64,000 nucleotides of DNA from Macrostomum hystrix (GCA_950097015.1 CATNEN010000029.1:1240001-1304000), one strand, 5' to 3'. Shown: positions 37,385-51,569, counted from the first letter of the stretch. Made by a program: numbers and translations. Notes: a model not told the origin generated them from the letters alone.

Positions 37385-40300
37385 TCAGTCGCTGCCAGCC
37401 ATGAGAGCGGACACTAGGATGCGCCTAAGAATCGGTTGCCGACAGAGCGGGCACAGGCTGAGACTAGTCGAGCAGGCCTCGCAGCAGCAGACGTGGCCGC
37501 AATTGAGGAACAGAGTGTCTGGCGTCGCGTCCATGCAGACGCAGCAGCCGGTGGACTCGGCGCTGCGAGCCCGGACTAGAGACTGCGGCTGCGGCTGCGC
37601 CGCTGGAGCCACAGTCGCGGCGGGCGGCGCGCTCGGCTCCAGCTTTATCTTCGCAGCAGCGGCGGCCTCTTCATCCAAATCATTGCCAGCATCGGCATAG
37701 TAGTTATAGTCGTCGTCATTGTCCAGATTTTCGCCGAGCGCGGCTAGTTCGGCGAGAATAGCGCGTCGAACGCCGAGCTGCCGAATGCCTATTGTGTCGC
37801 GAAGATCGGCGTCGGTGGCGCAGAGCCGCAGGCGCTTCACGTTCAGCACCCGGTGGCGCAGGAATTGAGCCTCGTAGGACTGCGAAGTGCAAAGTGATGG
37901 GGTGGTGGGCGGTTTGGGGCTGGGTCACGTGACCATAGGTGCCTAAAGGGTAATAATAGTGCTACTGTTATAACAGTAAGACTATGGGGGTCTTTTAAAC
38001 ACCCACATTTTTTCTGTATCTCCCAAAACGTTAAAATTGCTATTTTTATTTTTTTTGAACCAATGGGGATTCGCCATAGAGGTTTATACAGAGCAATGCT
38101 AGTTTCCATGCCACCAGGGTCTCCGACAAGAATAGCTGAATATCTCGACCATGCTGAGTCTGACGGCTTTGAAAATTAGTTCAGATACCGATATTGAGCA
38201 CAGATACCGTACGCAGACACACACTCACACACAGGCGTGTACATCTGTCATGCAGTGTACAGTAGCACGGTGCTTTGGAGTTCGGCCATTAGGGGCGTAA
38301 ATTGCGGCTGCGGCTGCAACCAAAATAAATGTGGCCTCGCTGCGGAATCGAGCTCAGGGACATTCGTGCGAGAGGCGAACGCGTTAGCTCGCTCTGCCAC
38401 TCGCAACCACTTAAATATTTAATATTTATTTCGGGTAGGGATCTTTAATGGGCATTTCCGGGAGGAGGGATCTGGAATGAAGACTCCGGGTGGGGATCTT
38501 GAAAGGAGGGATTCCGGGTGGGGATCTTGAAAGGAGGGATTCCGGGTGGGGGATCATGAAAGGAGGGATTCCGGGTGGGGGATCATGAAAGGAGGGATTC
38601 CGGGTGGGGGATCATGAAAGGAGGGATTCCGGGTGGGGGATCTTGAAAGGAGGGATTCCGGGTGGGGATCTTGAAAGGAGGGATTCCGGGTGGGTATCTT
38701 GAAAGGAGGGATTCCGGGTGGGGATCTTTAATATCAGATCAGGGATAATTTTAAATCTTAAATTGGGATTCACGTTGAGATGTGTGCTAGAGGGACTAGG
38801 GAAGGAAACATGTGCCGCGCATTAGTGCTATAATCGGCAGTCACCTGCGCGCCGGCTCGGGCCAACAGTTTGGCCAGCGGCGGGCTGAGGCCGGGCTTCA
38901 GCTGGTCCGGCCGGCGCTCCAGCAGCCGCTGGTACTGCACGAGCCAGTAGTCAATCTGGTCAGCGCGCCGCTGCCCCTCCAACTCGGCCAGGCGTTTCGT
39001 GAGCTCGCTAGCGCGCCTGGCCCGCTCGTCCATGAGCTGCTGGAGCAGGCGGATCAGGGCGTCGCGCTTGGCGGCCAGGGCGGTGAGGCTGGCGTCCGAG
39101 CGGTCGCGGCGGCGCTGCAACTCCGCCCGGGTGATGGCGCAGAGTTCGCGCTCGATCAGCGACACCTGGTGATAAATTGTTTATATAGAATTATTTTTCC
39201 CTAATAGGAATTGTAATCCTAGTTCGCCTTCTCGTTCATAAAAGATCTCAGGAATCTCATTCATGGATTGGACAATTTAAATATTTGGTAAGGCCATCTC
39301 AACATTTGATCTGACATTCCTAAGCATCTGATCTTCTTAAATATCGTTCTGATTTTTCTAAGAATCAATCTGACATTTCTTTACATGAATGTGACATTCG
39401 TTAACATGAATGTGACATTCGTTAACATGAATGTGACATTCGTTAACATGAATGTGACATTCGTTAACATGAATGTGACATTCGTTAACATGAATGCGAC
39501 ATTCGTTAACATGAATGCGACATTCGTTAACATGAATGTGACATTCGTTAACATGAATGTGACATTCGTTAACATGAATGTGACATTCGTTAACATGAAT
39601 GTGACATTCGTTAACATGAATGTGACATTCGTTAACATGAATGTGACATTCGTTAACATGAATCTGACATTCCTTTACATCGATCTGAAATTCTTTAAAA
39701 TTAATCAGGCATTTCTAAGCATTGAGCTGACATTATTTAACATCGATCTGACATCCTTAAATATTTACCTAGAATTCCTAAGCATCTATCTGACATTCCT
39801 AAGCAACGACCTGACATTCCTAAGCAACGACCTGACATTTCAGAGAATCGATCTGACATTTCAGAGCATCGATCTGACATTTCAGAGCATCGATCTGACA
39901 TTTCAGAGCATCGATCTGACATTCTTAACATCGATTTAACATTCTTAAATAGTAACTGACAATCTCGGAATCAGAATGTCAATCTGAACAGGGCCACTAG
40001 ATTCACCTCCTGGCAGAGCCGCTGACTCTTGTAGTCGCGCTGAATCATCAGCTGGGCGAGTGCCTTCCGCTGCTTGTCCTGCTCCTCGGCGATGCCGCAG
40101 ACCAGGTCGCGCCGCTGGCTCGCCTGAACGCCCAGGGCGCGCTCGACATCTTCGGCAGCTTCGCCCGCCCTGGCGGCGGCGTTGGCCGCGTCGGCGCGAT
40201 CGGCCTCTAGCCGGCGTCGTCGGGACTCCAACCAGTCTGACTCGGCCAGGACGCGGTCCATCGAGGCCAGAATCTCCGCGCGATGCTGGGCGGTGAGCTC

Positions 40301-43300
40301 CGTCAGAGTCTCCTCCTGATCCTGCTGCTCCAGCTGCTCCAGGACGGCCTCCCTGCCGCTAGCCCGGACGCCCCAGTCCAGCAGGCGGCGAATCAGCTCA
40401 TCGGCGCTGGCCTCTGCGGCGCTGACGTCCTCCACTAGGCGCTGGCGATCTCGCTGGCGAGCAGCCTGAGCCGCCGCCAGATCAAAAGCCCGACTGTCAG
40501 CGGCGTCGGCGTCCAGTCGATCGACAGCCGCCCGGCGCTGCTCCTGGGAGCGACTGGCCAGGGCCAGCTGGGCGTCGGCATCCTCCAGCAGCTGGCGCTC
40601 CAACTCTTGGCGCTGCTGCTGGCGCTGGACGAGGGCCCGCTCCTGGGCCTGGGCGCTGTCCTGTTGCCATGGTGATTGGATTAGAGAGAAGCTGCTTTAT
40701 CAAATCAGAACCTGAGGTTCTACAGTATGGAATATGAAAGTTCCTATTGCCTAAATAGTACCTGAAGCTAAACATGGCTCAGCATCATCATCAGCAATCG
40801 CATCAGCAATCGCAACAGCATCAGCAACAGCATCAGCATCAGCATCAGCAACAGCATCAGCAACAGCATCAGCAATCGCATCAGCAATCGCATCAGCATC
40901 AGCATCTACATCAGCATCAGCATCGGCATCAGCTTCAGCAACAGCATCAGCATCAGCAATCGCATCAGCAATCGCATCAGCATCAGCATCAGCAACAGCA
41001 TCAGCAATCGCATCAGCAATCGCATCAGCATCAGCAATCGCAACAGCATCAGCAACAGCATCAGCAATCGCATCAGCATCAGCATCAGCAACTGCATCAG
41101 CATCAGCATCAGCAATCGCATCAGCAATCGCATCAGCAATCGCATCAGCAATCGCATCAGCAATCGCATCAGCAATCGCATCAGCATCAGCAACAGCATC
41201 AGCAACAGCATCAGCAATCGCATCAGCAATCGCATCAGCAATCGCATCAGCATCAGCAACAGCATCAGCAACAGCATCAGCAATCGCATCAGCAATCGCA
41301 TCAGCAATCGCATCAGCATCAGCAACAGCATCAGCAACAGCATCAGCAATCGCATCAGCATCAGCATCAGCATCAGCATCAGCATCAGCAACTGCATCAG
41401 CATCAGCATCAGCAACTGCATCAGCATCAGCATCAGCATCAGCATCAGCAACTGCATCAGCATCAGCATCTGCATCAGCATCAGCAACTGCATCAGCATC
41501 AGCAGCAGCTACGCTCGTACGGCCAAGGATGCCATCGAATTCAGTGGTAATATCGGTAATACTGACAGTTCCCGCCTTTCAAAATCAAAGAAAAAGAAAA
41601 CAATCAATAGCAGTTTAAGCAGTTTAAGCAGTTTAAGGACTTTTAGCAACTGTATAATAAACGCACCAGACGCAGAAAATTCTTGCTTGTAAAAGAACTC
41701 ATTTGAGACGCAAGGCAGCTAGCTTCTCAGACTCAAAATGCTAGCAAGCTGCAGTTAATTACAAATATGAAACCTGATTTCAGTTAAGTAAATCTGGTTT
41801 TATTTCAACAGGATGGCAGGCAAGTTGGTCAAATATTTGCGAAGCTGTCCTGATAGCTAAGGAAATGATTGACTGGAGAAGTCTTTTAATGTCCCTCTTT
41901 ATGGACAGAAATACAAGAGGCAGAGAATGCTAGTACAATAAAAACATGTACGATGGAAGGACGAGAGACGGAGGGAGCGCTCGGGGCGTGAAGCTGCAGA
42001 AAGCAATCCCCGAGTTAATTGCGGCATAATGCTCAGTGTCTAGTTAAATGTACGTCTGCATGCCCGGCAACCCCGATGTACATCCAGCATGCACTGGACT
42101 GAACGTCTAAGGCGAAAGCCATCGATTCTGCTTGGGAGTCTGGAGTAAAGAGTGAAGGAAAAGAGAGGAAAAAATGGAGAGGGGCCAAACCAGTCCTAAC
42201 TCCTAAATGTCGAACACACAGCATACTTTTCTAACTGGCTGGCAATACCAGCAGATATGCTCAGTCTCAAAGGGTTCGGAGTCAAAGCATAGAGTTCAGA
42301 TTGCTATATTCTTGCAACTGTTTTGGCTGTCTAAGTGTGTTATAATTAAACTAGAGTAACTTTTATCGATAAGAAGAAGATGGAGAACAAACAACTAGCA
42401 ATTAAATCGATAAGGACTATTAAATGGGTATTTGGAAAAATGCAATTCTATTTATACGCATTCAGACTGACATTTTGACACACAAAGTTTTGGATTTAAA
42501 GTTTGGATTGAGATTGAAAGTGAGATTTTGAGACAAACTGTTTTAGGTGAGATTTTGAAAAAAGCTGTTTTAGGTGAGATTTTGAGACAAACTGTTTTGG
42601 AGTGAGATTTTGAGAAAAACTGTTTTAGGTGAGATTTTGAGAAAAACTGTTTTAGGTGAGATTTTGAGACAAACTGTTTTAGGTGAGATTTTGAGACAAA
42701 CTATTTTTGGTGAGATTTTGACACAAACTGTTTTAGAGTGAGATTTTGAGACAAATAGTTTTAGAGTGAGATTCTGAGACAAACAGTTTTAGAGTGAGAT
42801 TTTGAGACAAACTGTTTTGGAGTGAGATTTTGAGACAAATAGTTTTGGTGAGATTCTGAGACAAACTATTTTGGTGAGATTCTTAGACAAATAGTTATAG
42901 AGTGAGATTTTGAGACAAATAGTTTTGGAGTGAGATTCTGAGACAAACAGTTTTAGAGTGAGATTTTGAGACAAACTGTTTTAGAGTGAGATTTTGAGAC
43001 AAACTGTTTTAGGTGAGATTTTGAGACAAACTATTTTTGGTGAGATTCTGAGACAAATAGTTTTAGAGTGAGATTTTGAGACAAACAGTTTTGGAGTGAG
43101 ATTCTGAGACAAACAGTTTTAGAGTGAGATTTTGAGACAAACTGTTTTAGAGTGAGATTTTGAGACAAACTGTTTTAGGTAAGATTTTGAGACAAACTGT
43201 TTTAGGTGAGATTTTGAGACAAACAGTTTCAGGTGAGATTTTGAGACAAACAGTTTTAGAGTGAGATTTTGAGAAAAACAGTTTTAGAGTGAGATTTTGA

Positions 43301-46300
43301 GACAAATAGTTTTAGAGTGAGATTTTGAGACAAACTGTTTAGATGAGATTTTGAGACAAACAGTTTTAGAGTGAGATTTTGAGACAAACTGTTTTGGAGT
43401 GAGATTTTGAGACAAATAGTTTTGGAGTGAGATTTTGAGACAAACTGTTTTAGGTGAGATTTTGAGACAAACTGTTTTAGAGTGAGATTTTGAGACAAAC
43501 TGTTTTAGGTGAGATTTTGAGACAAATAGTTTTAGGTGAGATTTTGAGACAAATAGTTTTGGAGTGAGATTTTGAGACAAATAGTTTTGGAGTGAGATTT
43601 TGAGACATAGTTTTGGAGTGAGATTTTGAGACAAACTGTTTTAGGTGAGATTTTGAGACAAACTGTTTTAGAGTGAGATTTTGAGACAAACTGTTTTAGG
43701 TGAGATTTTGAGACAAACTGTTTTAGGTGAGATTTTGAGACAAACAGTTTCAGGTGAGATTTTGAGACAAACAGTTTTAGAGTGAGATTTTGAGAAAAAC
43801 AGTTTTAGAGTGAGATTTTGAGACAAACTGTTATAGAGTGAGATTTTGAGACAAATAGTTTTGGAGTGAGATTCTGAGACAAACAGTTTTAGAGTGAGAT
43901 TTTGAGACAAACTGTTTTAGAGTGAGATTTTGAGACAAACTGTTTTAGGTGAGATTTTGAGACAAACTATTTTTGGTGAGATTCTGAGACAAATAGTTTT
44001 AGAGTGAGATTTTGAGACAAACTGTTTTGGAGTGAGATTCTGAGACAAACAGTTTTAGAGTGAGATTTTGAGACAAACTGTTTTAGAGTGAGATTTTGAG
44101 ACAAACTGTTTTAGGTGAGATTTTGAGACAAACTGTTTTAGGTGAGATTTTGAGACAAACAGTTTCAGGTGAGATTTTGAGACAAACAGTTTTAGAGTGA
44201 GATTTTGAGACAAATAGTTTTGGAGTGAGATTTTGAGACAAATAGTTTTAGAGTGAGATTTTGAGACAAACTGTTTAGATGAGATTTTGAGACAAACAGT
44301 TTTAGAGTGAGATTTTGAGACAAACTGTTTTGGAGTGAGATTTTGAGACAAATAGTTTTGGAGTGAGATTTTGAGACAAATAGTTTTGGAGTGAGATTTT
44401 GAGACAAATAGTTTTGGAGTGAGATTTTGAGACATAGTTTTGGAGTGAGATTTTGAGACAAACTGTTTTAGGTGAGATTTTGAGACAAACTGTTTTAGAG
44501 TGAGATTTTGAGACAAACTGTTTTAGGTGAGATTTTGAGACAAACTGTTTTAGGTGAGATTTTGAGACAAACAGTTTCAGGTGAGATTTTGAGACAAACA
44601 GTTTTAGAGTGAGATTTTGAGAAAAACAGTTTTAGAGTGAGATTTTGAGACAAATAGTTTTAGAGTGAGATTTTGAGACAAACTGTTTAGATGAGATTTT
44701 GAGACAAACAGTTTTGGAGTGAGATTTTGAGACAAATAGTTTTGGAGTGAGATTTTGAGACAAATAGTTTTGGAGTGAGATTTTGAGACAAATAGTTTTG
44801 GAGTGAGATTTTGAGACATAGTTTTGGAGTGAGATTTTGAGACAAACTGTTTTAGGTGAGATTTTGAGAAAAACAGTTTTAGAGTGAGATTTTGAGACAA
44901 ACAGTTTTAGAGTGAGATTTTGAGACAAATAGTTTTGGAGTGAGATTTTGAGACAAATAGTTTTGGAGTGAGATTTTGAGACAAATAGTTTTGGAGTGAG
45001 ATTTTGAGACAAACTGTTTTAGAGTGAGATTTTGAGACAAACTGTTTTGGAGTGAGATTTTGAGACAAACAGTTTTAGAGTGAGATTTTGAGACAAACTG
45101 TTTTAGGTGAGATTTTGAGAAAAACAGTTTTAGAGTGAGATTTTGAGACAAACAGTGTTAGAGTGAGATTTTGAGACAAACTGTTCTAGCAGTTTTAGCA
45201 GATGACACCTCTTGAACGTTAATAATTAGTGTGCATCGGCGATTGGCTTAATCCCTCACCTCAAAGTCGTTAGCCAACTCTCTGAGCAGGTACTTGTCCG
45301 GTCCGCCGCTGACAACACCGCCTCCGCCGCCACCGCCGCCGGGTATTGGGAGAATGTTCAGCGCAAATTTGCTAGGCGCCTCGTACTGCATGCCAGCCTC
45401 TGCGGGCCGGGTGACAGGTGGACAGGAGGACATATTATTCAATCAGTTGAGCCCGTTATTAAATGAGCTAGATGCTTGGCTTGCTCAGTTCACGCTGATT
45501 ACATGTCCCTAATTGGGAAGAGTAAAATATAAAATTAGCAAATACTCACCGGCGCATAGAAACCGCATGATGGCCTCCGTGCCCTGGGAGCATATTTCTA
45601 CAGCGGAATTGAAAGATGAAGGGGAAACTGCAATAGCGAACCCAAAATATTTAACTGCAAAATATATGACATGGAAGAGATGAGGATGGGGATAAATGGG
45701 ACATTGAGTGATGAGAAGACAGGGGACAGATAAGATGGGTGTGATGAGGCAGGAGGATTTGAGACAGGCGTGAGGTGAGAAAGTGAGAGATGAGACAGGG
45801 AGAGATGAAATGCGGGGAGATAAGAAACAGCAGAGTATTTATTTAAATGGGCCATATTTAGGAGCTTCAAGGGCCGGAATTTTTCTGGCCCCGTCTGTAT
45901 ACAATTGCGGAAAAAGATTGAGCTGAAGGCTGCGTACGGCTGTTCAGTCCATGGACTGGGGGGACGCCACACCCACCTTCAATTATCCCAGCTAATGCTG
46001 GTACCCATTTAACAGCTGGGTGAACTAAAGCAATGCAGATTTAAGTGTCTTGCTAAAGGACACAAATTGTTCCAGTGGAGTCAGGAATCGAACCCCCGAC
46101 CTTCAAGTCGTGAGTCCGACGATCTAACCACAAGGCTAAAACCTCTCTCTCAACCTTTACTTTACAAATAAAAGCAAACACACTCACCCATCAGCAGTGT
46201 GCAATCTATTTATATCTTAATATATTTTTCTGTTAAGGCAGGTTTGCCATGATTGAAAATGAATAAAAACTGCAGTAGGATTTCGCTCACCCTTGTTCGG

Positions 46301-48860
46301 ATACGTGAATCCCTGCGGCGTGAGCACCAGGCTCTCGAGGTTGCGCGATTTGCAAAGGGTTCGCGGCAACTCTCTGAGCGGATTGCCAGCAATGTCCAGC
46401 AGCTTCAGGCTGGACAGGCCAAGGAATATCTCCGGGGGTAGCGACTTCAGGCGATTGTCTGGCACAGAATAAATGCGAATAGAACGAGTCTAATCTTGTA
46501 CGCCTAAATCTGAGCAGGCTGAGGCTACAGGTTCCCTGTACTCTAATTTTCAGAAATCAGTGTGTACTCTTGTCTATTCTTGTACATTCTAGTCTTAGTA
46601 GGCTGAATGTACTCTTTGTCTATTCTTGTACATTCTAGTCTTAGTAGGCTGAATGTACTCTTTGTCTATTCTTGTACATTCTAGTCTTAGTAGGCTGAAT
46701 GTACTCTTTGTCTATTATTGTACATTCTAGTCTTAGTAGGCTGAATGTACTCTTTGTCTATTCTTGTACATTCTAGTCTTAGTAGGCTGAATGTACTCTT
46801 TGTCTATTCTTGCACATTCTAGTCTTAGTAGGCTGAATGTACTCTTTGTCTATTCTTGTACATTCTAGTCTTAGTAGGCTGAATGTACTCTTTGTCTATT
46901 CTTGTACATTCTAGTCTTAGTAGGCTGAATGTACTCTTTGTCTATTCTTGCACATTCTAGTCTTAGTAGGCTGAATGTACTCTTTGTCTATTCTTGTACA
47001 TTCTAGTCTTAGTAGGCTGAATGTACTCTTTGTCTATTCTTGTACATTCTAGTCTTAGTAGGCTGAATGTACTCTTTGTCTATTCTTGTACATTCTAGTC
47101 TTAGTAGGCTGAATGTACTCTTTGTCTATTCTCGTACATTCTAGTCTTAGTAGGCTGAATGTACTCTTTGTCTATTCTTGTACATTCTAGTCTTAGTAGG
47201 CTGAATGTACTCTTTGTCTATTCTTGCACATTCTAGTCTTAGTAGGCTGAATGTACTCTTTGTCTATTCTTGTACATTCTAGTCTTAGTAGGCTGAATGT
47301 ACTCTTTGTCTATTCTTGTACATTCTAGTCTTAGTAGGCTGAATGTACTCTTTGTCTATTCTTGCACATTCTAGTCTTAGTAGGCTGAATGTACTCTTTG
47401 TCGATTCTTGTACATTCTAGTCTTAGTAGGCTGAATGTACTCTTTGTCTATTCTTGTACATTCTAGTCTTAGTAGGCTGAATGTACTCTTTGTCTATTCT
47501 TGCACATTCTAGTCTTAGTAGGCTGAATGTACTCTTTGTCGATTCTTCTACATTCCAGTCCAAGTAGGCTTCTCGCTTTTCTCTTTTGGCAGTTAATTAG
47601 TTAAAATCATGAACTGTAATAAAATAAAGAGTCTGTGTAGAAGCAGCAGACCAGTAGCTTGCAGATAGTGAATATAGTAGAAGCGATAAATAATTCAGAA
47701 CCGAATGACGCCCTGAGCCACGGATTGGGACTCTAATGGACGCTAATGTAGCAAACAGCAAAAATCCCTAGCTAGATACATTCAGCATCTGAAAGAATTC
47801 TGATTCGTACGCGATTATCAACTAACACTACGCGATTATTCTGAACTAATCTCATCCGATCAGGTAATAGAAGGCTTATGTTTTTGGAAATAATGGATTC
47901 ATTTCTAATGGATGTGACCTTGCATGGATAGACTATTAACAAACTCAATAGATACCGTCAATGAGAAAATGTCATGAATTATTTCTCAGCAAAGTAAACT
48001 CACCGCGAAGGCCCAGGGTCTGCAGGTGATGCAAGCTCTGCATGGAGGCGGGCAGGCTGGTCAGTCTGTTCCTGTCCAAGCTGAGCACCTGTTAGTACGG
48101 CGTTGAGCACATATTGAATGCAATGGGTAGCTTAGGAGGTGAGTGGCAGATTGGTAAACGCATCTGCTTCTCCCACCAAGGTCCCTGAGCTCGATTCCGC
48201 GGCGAGGCCACATTAATTTGGGGTGCCTCCACGGAGAGAAAGCTTGGGGGCTTGTCGTGTAATTTATGTCCTTAAGGCCCAACCTCCAAGGCCCAGTGAA
48301 AGTGTACACCTGGCTGATGATGACAAAGTCTGTACACACCTGTGTGAGCGTGTGCCTGTGTAAAGTATCAGTGTGCGTGTGTGCTCAGGAGTCAGCGAAA
48401 CGGGCAGACTTGCCTGCTCGCTGGCTGCAGAACTCGTGTCAGCAAATGATGTGCCATTGCCCGCAGCCATTGCAAATATAATTATTATTATAACGGGTAG
48501 TTTACAACACAGTTTAATGCGGCCAATGAGTATCAAAATACACAGACAGACCTGCAGGCACGTCAGGCTGCCGATGTTGCTGGGCAGTTCGACCAGCTCA
48601 TTGTTGCGCAGGTCCAGCACCCGCAGGTTGGCCAGGCTGGCCATATTGGAGTTGGGGCCAAGGCTGGCCAGCCAATTGTCATTGAGCAGCAAGGCCTCCT
48701 TGCGCAGCACCCGCACCTGGGTGTACAAGCCAGCTGGTACTTCGGTTAATTCACAGTCGGCCAGGTCAAATGGAGATGCGTCACTCTCCTGGGCCAGGTA
48801 GAGCTTGCGCTCCAGCCTGCGCTTGCCAGCTTCAGTCTGCTTTCGGCTAAACAGTGGCAT
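37385..48860 (-). CDS. LRSAM1: E3 ubiquitin ligase LRSAM1 (LRR, coiled coil, SAM, C3HC4 RING), ~739 aa
   Basis: Exons 48860-48552, 48088-48004, 46458-46291, 45597-45550, 45399-45260, 40660-40007, 39165-38845, 37879-37385 (2220 nt, phases consistent). MPLFSRK..KRRLE..LAQE N-terminus, LRRs, DYWLVQYQRLL, SAM region, RING CCVCMD..LFLNCGHVCCC..C..CPLCRQ. Confidence 0.95.
38225..38412 (-). mobile_element. SINE family A copy in the last LRSAM1 intron
   Basis: Reverse strand gagtggcagagcgagctaacgcg...ccctgagctcgattccgcagcgaggccacattt. Confidence 0.75.
38485..38727. repeat. 27-28-bp intronic minisatellite
   Basis: Unit gggatcttgaaaggagggattccgggtg. Confidence 0.93.
39384..39940. repeat. 21-bp intronic minisatellite (near-perfect to ~39665, then degenerate)
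   Basis: Unit acatgaatgtgacattcgtta, grading into catcgatctgacatttcagag. Confidence 0.92.
40780..41505. repeat. Imperfect CAG/CAT/CAA/TCG triplet-based repeat in LRSAM1 intron 5
   Basis: cagcat and catcagcaatcg units; the + strand reads as a Gln/His ORF (40774-41550). Confidence 0.9.
42515..45185. repeat. 24-25-bp satellite, ~2.7 kb, in LRSAM1 intron 5
   Basis: Unit gtgagattttgagacaaactgttttaga and variants. Confidence 0.97.
45985..46136 (-). mobile_element. CORE-like SINE family B copy in LRSAM1 intron 3
   Basis: Reverse strand gccttgtggttagatcgtcggactcacgacttgaaggtcgggggttcgattcc...gtgtcctttagcaagacacttaaatctgcattgctttagttcacccagctgttaaatgggtacc. Confidence 0.75.
46562..47570. repeat. 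46-bp minisatellite, ~22 copies, LRSAM1 intron 2
   Basis: Unit gtactctttgtctattcttgtacattctagtcttagtaggctgaat. Confidence 0.97.
48135..48490 (+). mobile_element. SINE family A near-full-length copy (~350 bp) in LRSAM1 intron 1
   Basis: A-box-like gagtggcagattgg, B-box-like gagctcgattcc, family body and AT-rich (ATT) tail. Confidence 0.8.
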
Positions 48861-51569
48861 CTCTGCTTGCTTGCCTGACAACTTGGCTCTGTAGCTCAAG
48901 AGTGCTTATTGTGTATTGTTACTGAATTAGCTCTCAAAATTTTCCTGCTTAAAGCAAGCTGAAATTTGTTTAGATAAAAAATTCACTTAGTGTCTCTAGT
49001 ACTAGTCCTTTCTTCTATACCACATTTGACTCTATTTCTTCATAGATAAAAAAGTAATAACTGTTTTAATACAGAAATGCTTTATTTTTGGTAGTCATCC
49101 ATCAGCCAAGGTGAAAAATGTCAAGTTTTACTATAGAGCTAAAACAGACAACTATTGACTAGCATTCTTTCTTATTAATAGGATAGGTTAATTTTATAGG
49201 CTTTATAAACATAAATAGGCTAAAAAGTATCAAAAATGCCTTTTAAAGTCAAGAAATGGTTTATAATGATCAAACAGACAAAAAATGCTGAATTGTATTT
49301 TGTAGAAGGAAAGTATAACTTTGCATTATCTTTGTAGCCCTAACTACAAACTTATAAATCGCAATGAGTAAATCAAACATACTATTTGAAGCTATGGTTA
49401 TTCCCTTGGGCTAAATAAGCAAAATATGCTGGTTTTATCATTGCATTGGTTAGAATTCTTATGTGTTGTAAATTTTTGTTTGCTTTTGTGTCTAGTCTTG
49501 TTCTCTCCACCCAGCAATTTAATAGCTAATTAATAAAACGTATCATATATAATTAATTTTCTATTATTAGAAAACCAGTCCTAAAAGTACCTGAAAGTAT
49601 ATTTTAATAATAAAGCTATTGAAAGCTATTTTACGTTCTTAGTATGAAAAAATCAAAATGAAGCCATAACCTAGACAAGATTAGCATTTAATGAATGTTT
49701 AGAAAAAAACAAATAAACATTTAAAGTGCAGTTAATTTCTTTTTTTATGTATAAAACAGATAATATACAATCTGTATAATCTGTAAAGCTAAACTTTATT
49801 TACTTAGCTAGCTTTGTATTCCACTTTCTGAATTTGTAACTTTCAGTGGTGCAGCCATGATTTTCTTCTGGGGGTCAAAGGACACGTCAGCATCAAACCT
49901 TGAAATCTGGATTCTGGGGGTCATGACCCCTTGGCCTTGACTAGTCTAAATTGGCTAGCTACACCAATGTCCATGTCCATTTTTTATTTTTCTTCTTGCT
50001 TAAAATTGCAATTACAGTTGCTGTAACGAAAATGTGATTCATTTCTACTGACACTAGTTAAAATGCGATCTTATCTATTTCAGTTAAGCATTTGACATTT
50101 AAGCCAAAAACTTACTCAATTCCGTTTTTGGTTTTTGAGAGTGCAACTCTTGTGTCAAAGGGACAAACGAGTACATGTAATTTTTATATATATAAAAATG
50201 AATACTCATGTAAACAACATACTCATATGTAAACTGAACTGAATGCATTGGTGAAAATAGAGAACGATTACATAAAAATGCCTGCGTATTTAGGTTCTTG
50301 ATATGAACTATTTCCATTGTCACGGCGAGCACTGTTTTGTTTAATGTTAGCGAATTATCGTTTGCACACATTTGAAATCAACAAATGTTGTCTTGTACAG
50401 TAACGTTAAATCGACAATATGCACGGCAAGGTAGGGGAAACTAATTGTGAATCAAAAGCTAAAAACTAAAACATGAAAGTGCAAGAACTCTGCTATAATG
50501 TTTACCATAATCCCATTTTGAATTTTATTAACTACGAATGAGAGATTGAATGAAAGCTGGATTATTAGTTTTTCGTCTAAAATCGTGAGCAACCGTTTTA
50601 TTATATCTGTTGTTAACAAATCCACTTGGCAATACGTGACTATAATGGAAATATCTAAGCTAAATATCAACAATAAATTTATTCAGAGGCTAGATCTTGA
50701 TCTGATTTCTGCTATTGAAAGTGACATGGAACGATAGCGTGGAACTTAATTCTTTGACCAGACGAGTCAGCGCTAGAATATCATAATGCATGTTTGGACA
50801 TGCTCTTGATCTTTGTCTGGGCAGTGACCATTTCTTCAATTCAGGACCGCAGCCATCGCCTTTAATTTTCACAGGCAATCCATCAGGAAGGACCTCGAAT
50901 GACTCAAAGCCTGAGCTAACTCAAAGACACACCTGTGCAATAACACGTACAATCCATTCTGCGTAGTGAATTGTGCCTGAGAGAAAACTTTGGAATAACA
51001 AAATCTCTGAAATGTGCTACCTAGCTAGCTAAAAAAGGAAAAAATCATTTTTCAGCAGGTTTGAATTTTAAATTTTGGAAAAACGATTGAGAGCTGTCCT
51101 GGTTTTACGAAATAAGCAGTCAGGGCTGAAATGTGTCTTATTAAAATACAAATGCAATCAGCCCGCAACATTTCATGTACTGAGAAAGAACTGTACTGTA
51201 CTGCGCTGCCTTTCTTGTGTTGTTATTTTGGGTCAATGACTTTCGCTGGCCGAAATTAGCTTGCAGGAGATTGCTTGTAGGAAGTCTGTTTGGGAACTTT
51301 AGTTTACATATGCAGTCTTACATTTGGCTTTAAATATAAAAGTGTGAAGTGAGTTTGACACGAAAGATTCTTAAACCATTCTAACTGAAAACGCAAATAT
51401 GAACTGATACAAAATTTGGTTTTATCTGATTTAAATCTAATTAGAAACCTTTTGCAAAAAAGAAGTAATAGAAGGCAGGCGTTAGAAAGACAATCCTCTT
51501 GTAGGCATCCATAATTATTTGCTCTACTTAGCAGGCCAACAGCAGATAAGAGGATACTTACAGAATATT

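Noticed and set aside
49844-49969. Possible hAT-like mini element (CAGTGGTGCAGCCA ... TGGCTAGCTACACCAATG)
   Set aside because: Imperfect ends, no TSD, single copy in the window.
50452-50900. Minus-strand ORFs upstream of LRSAM1
   Set aside because: Short, AT-rich, no motif or convincing splice chain.
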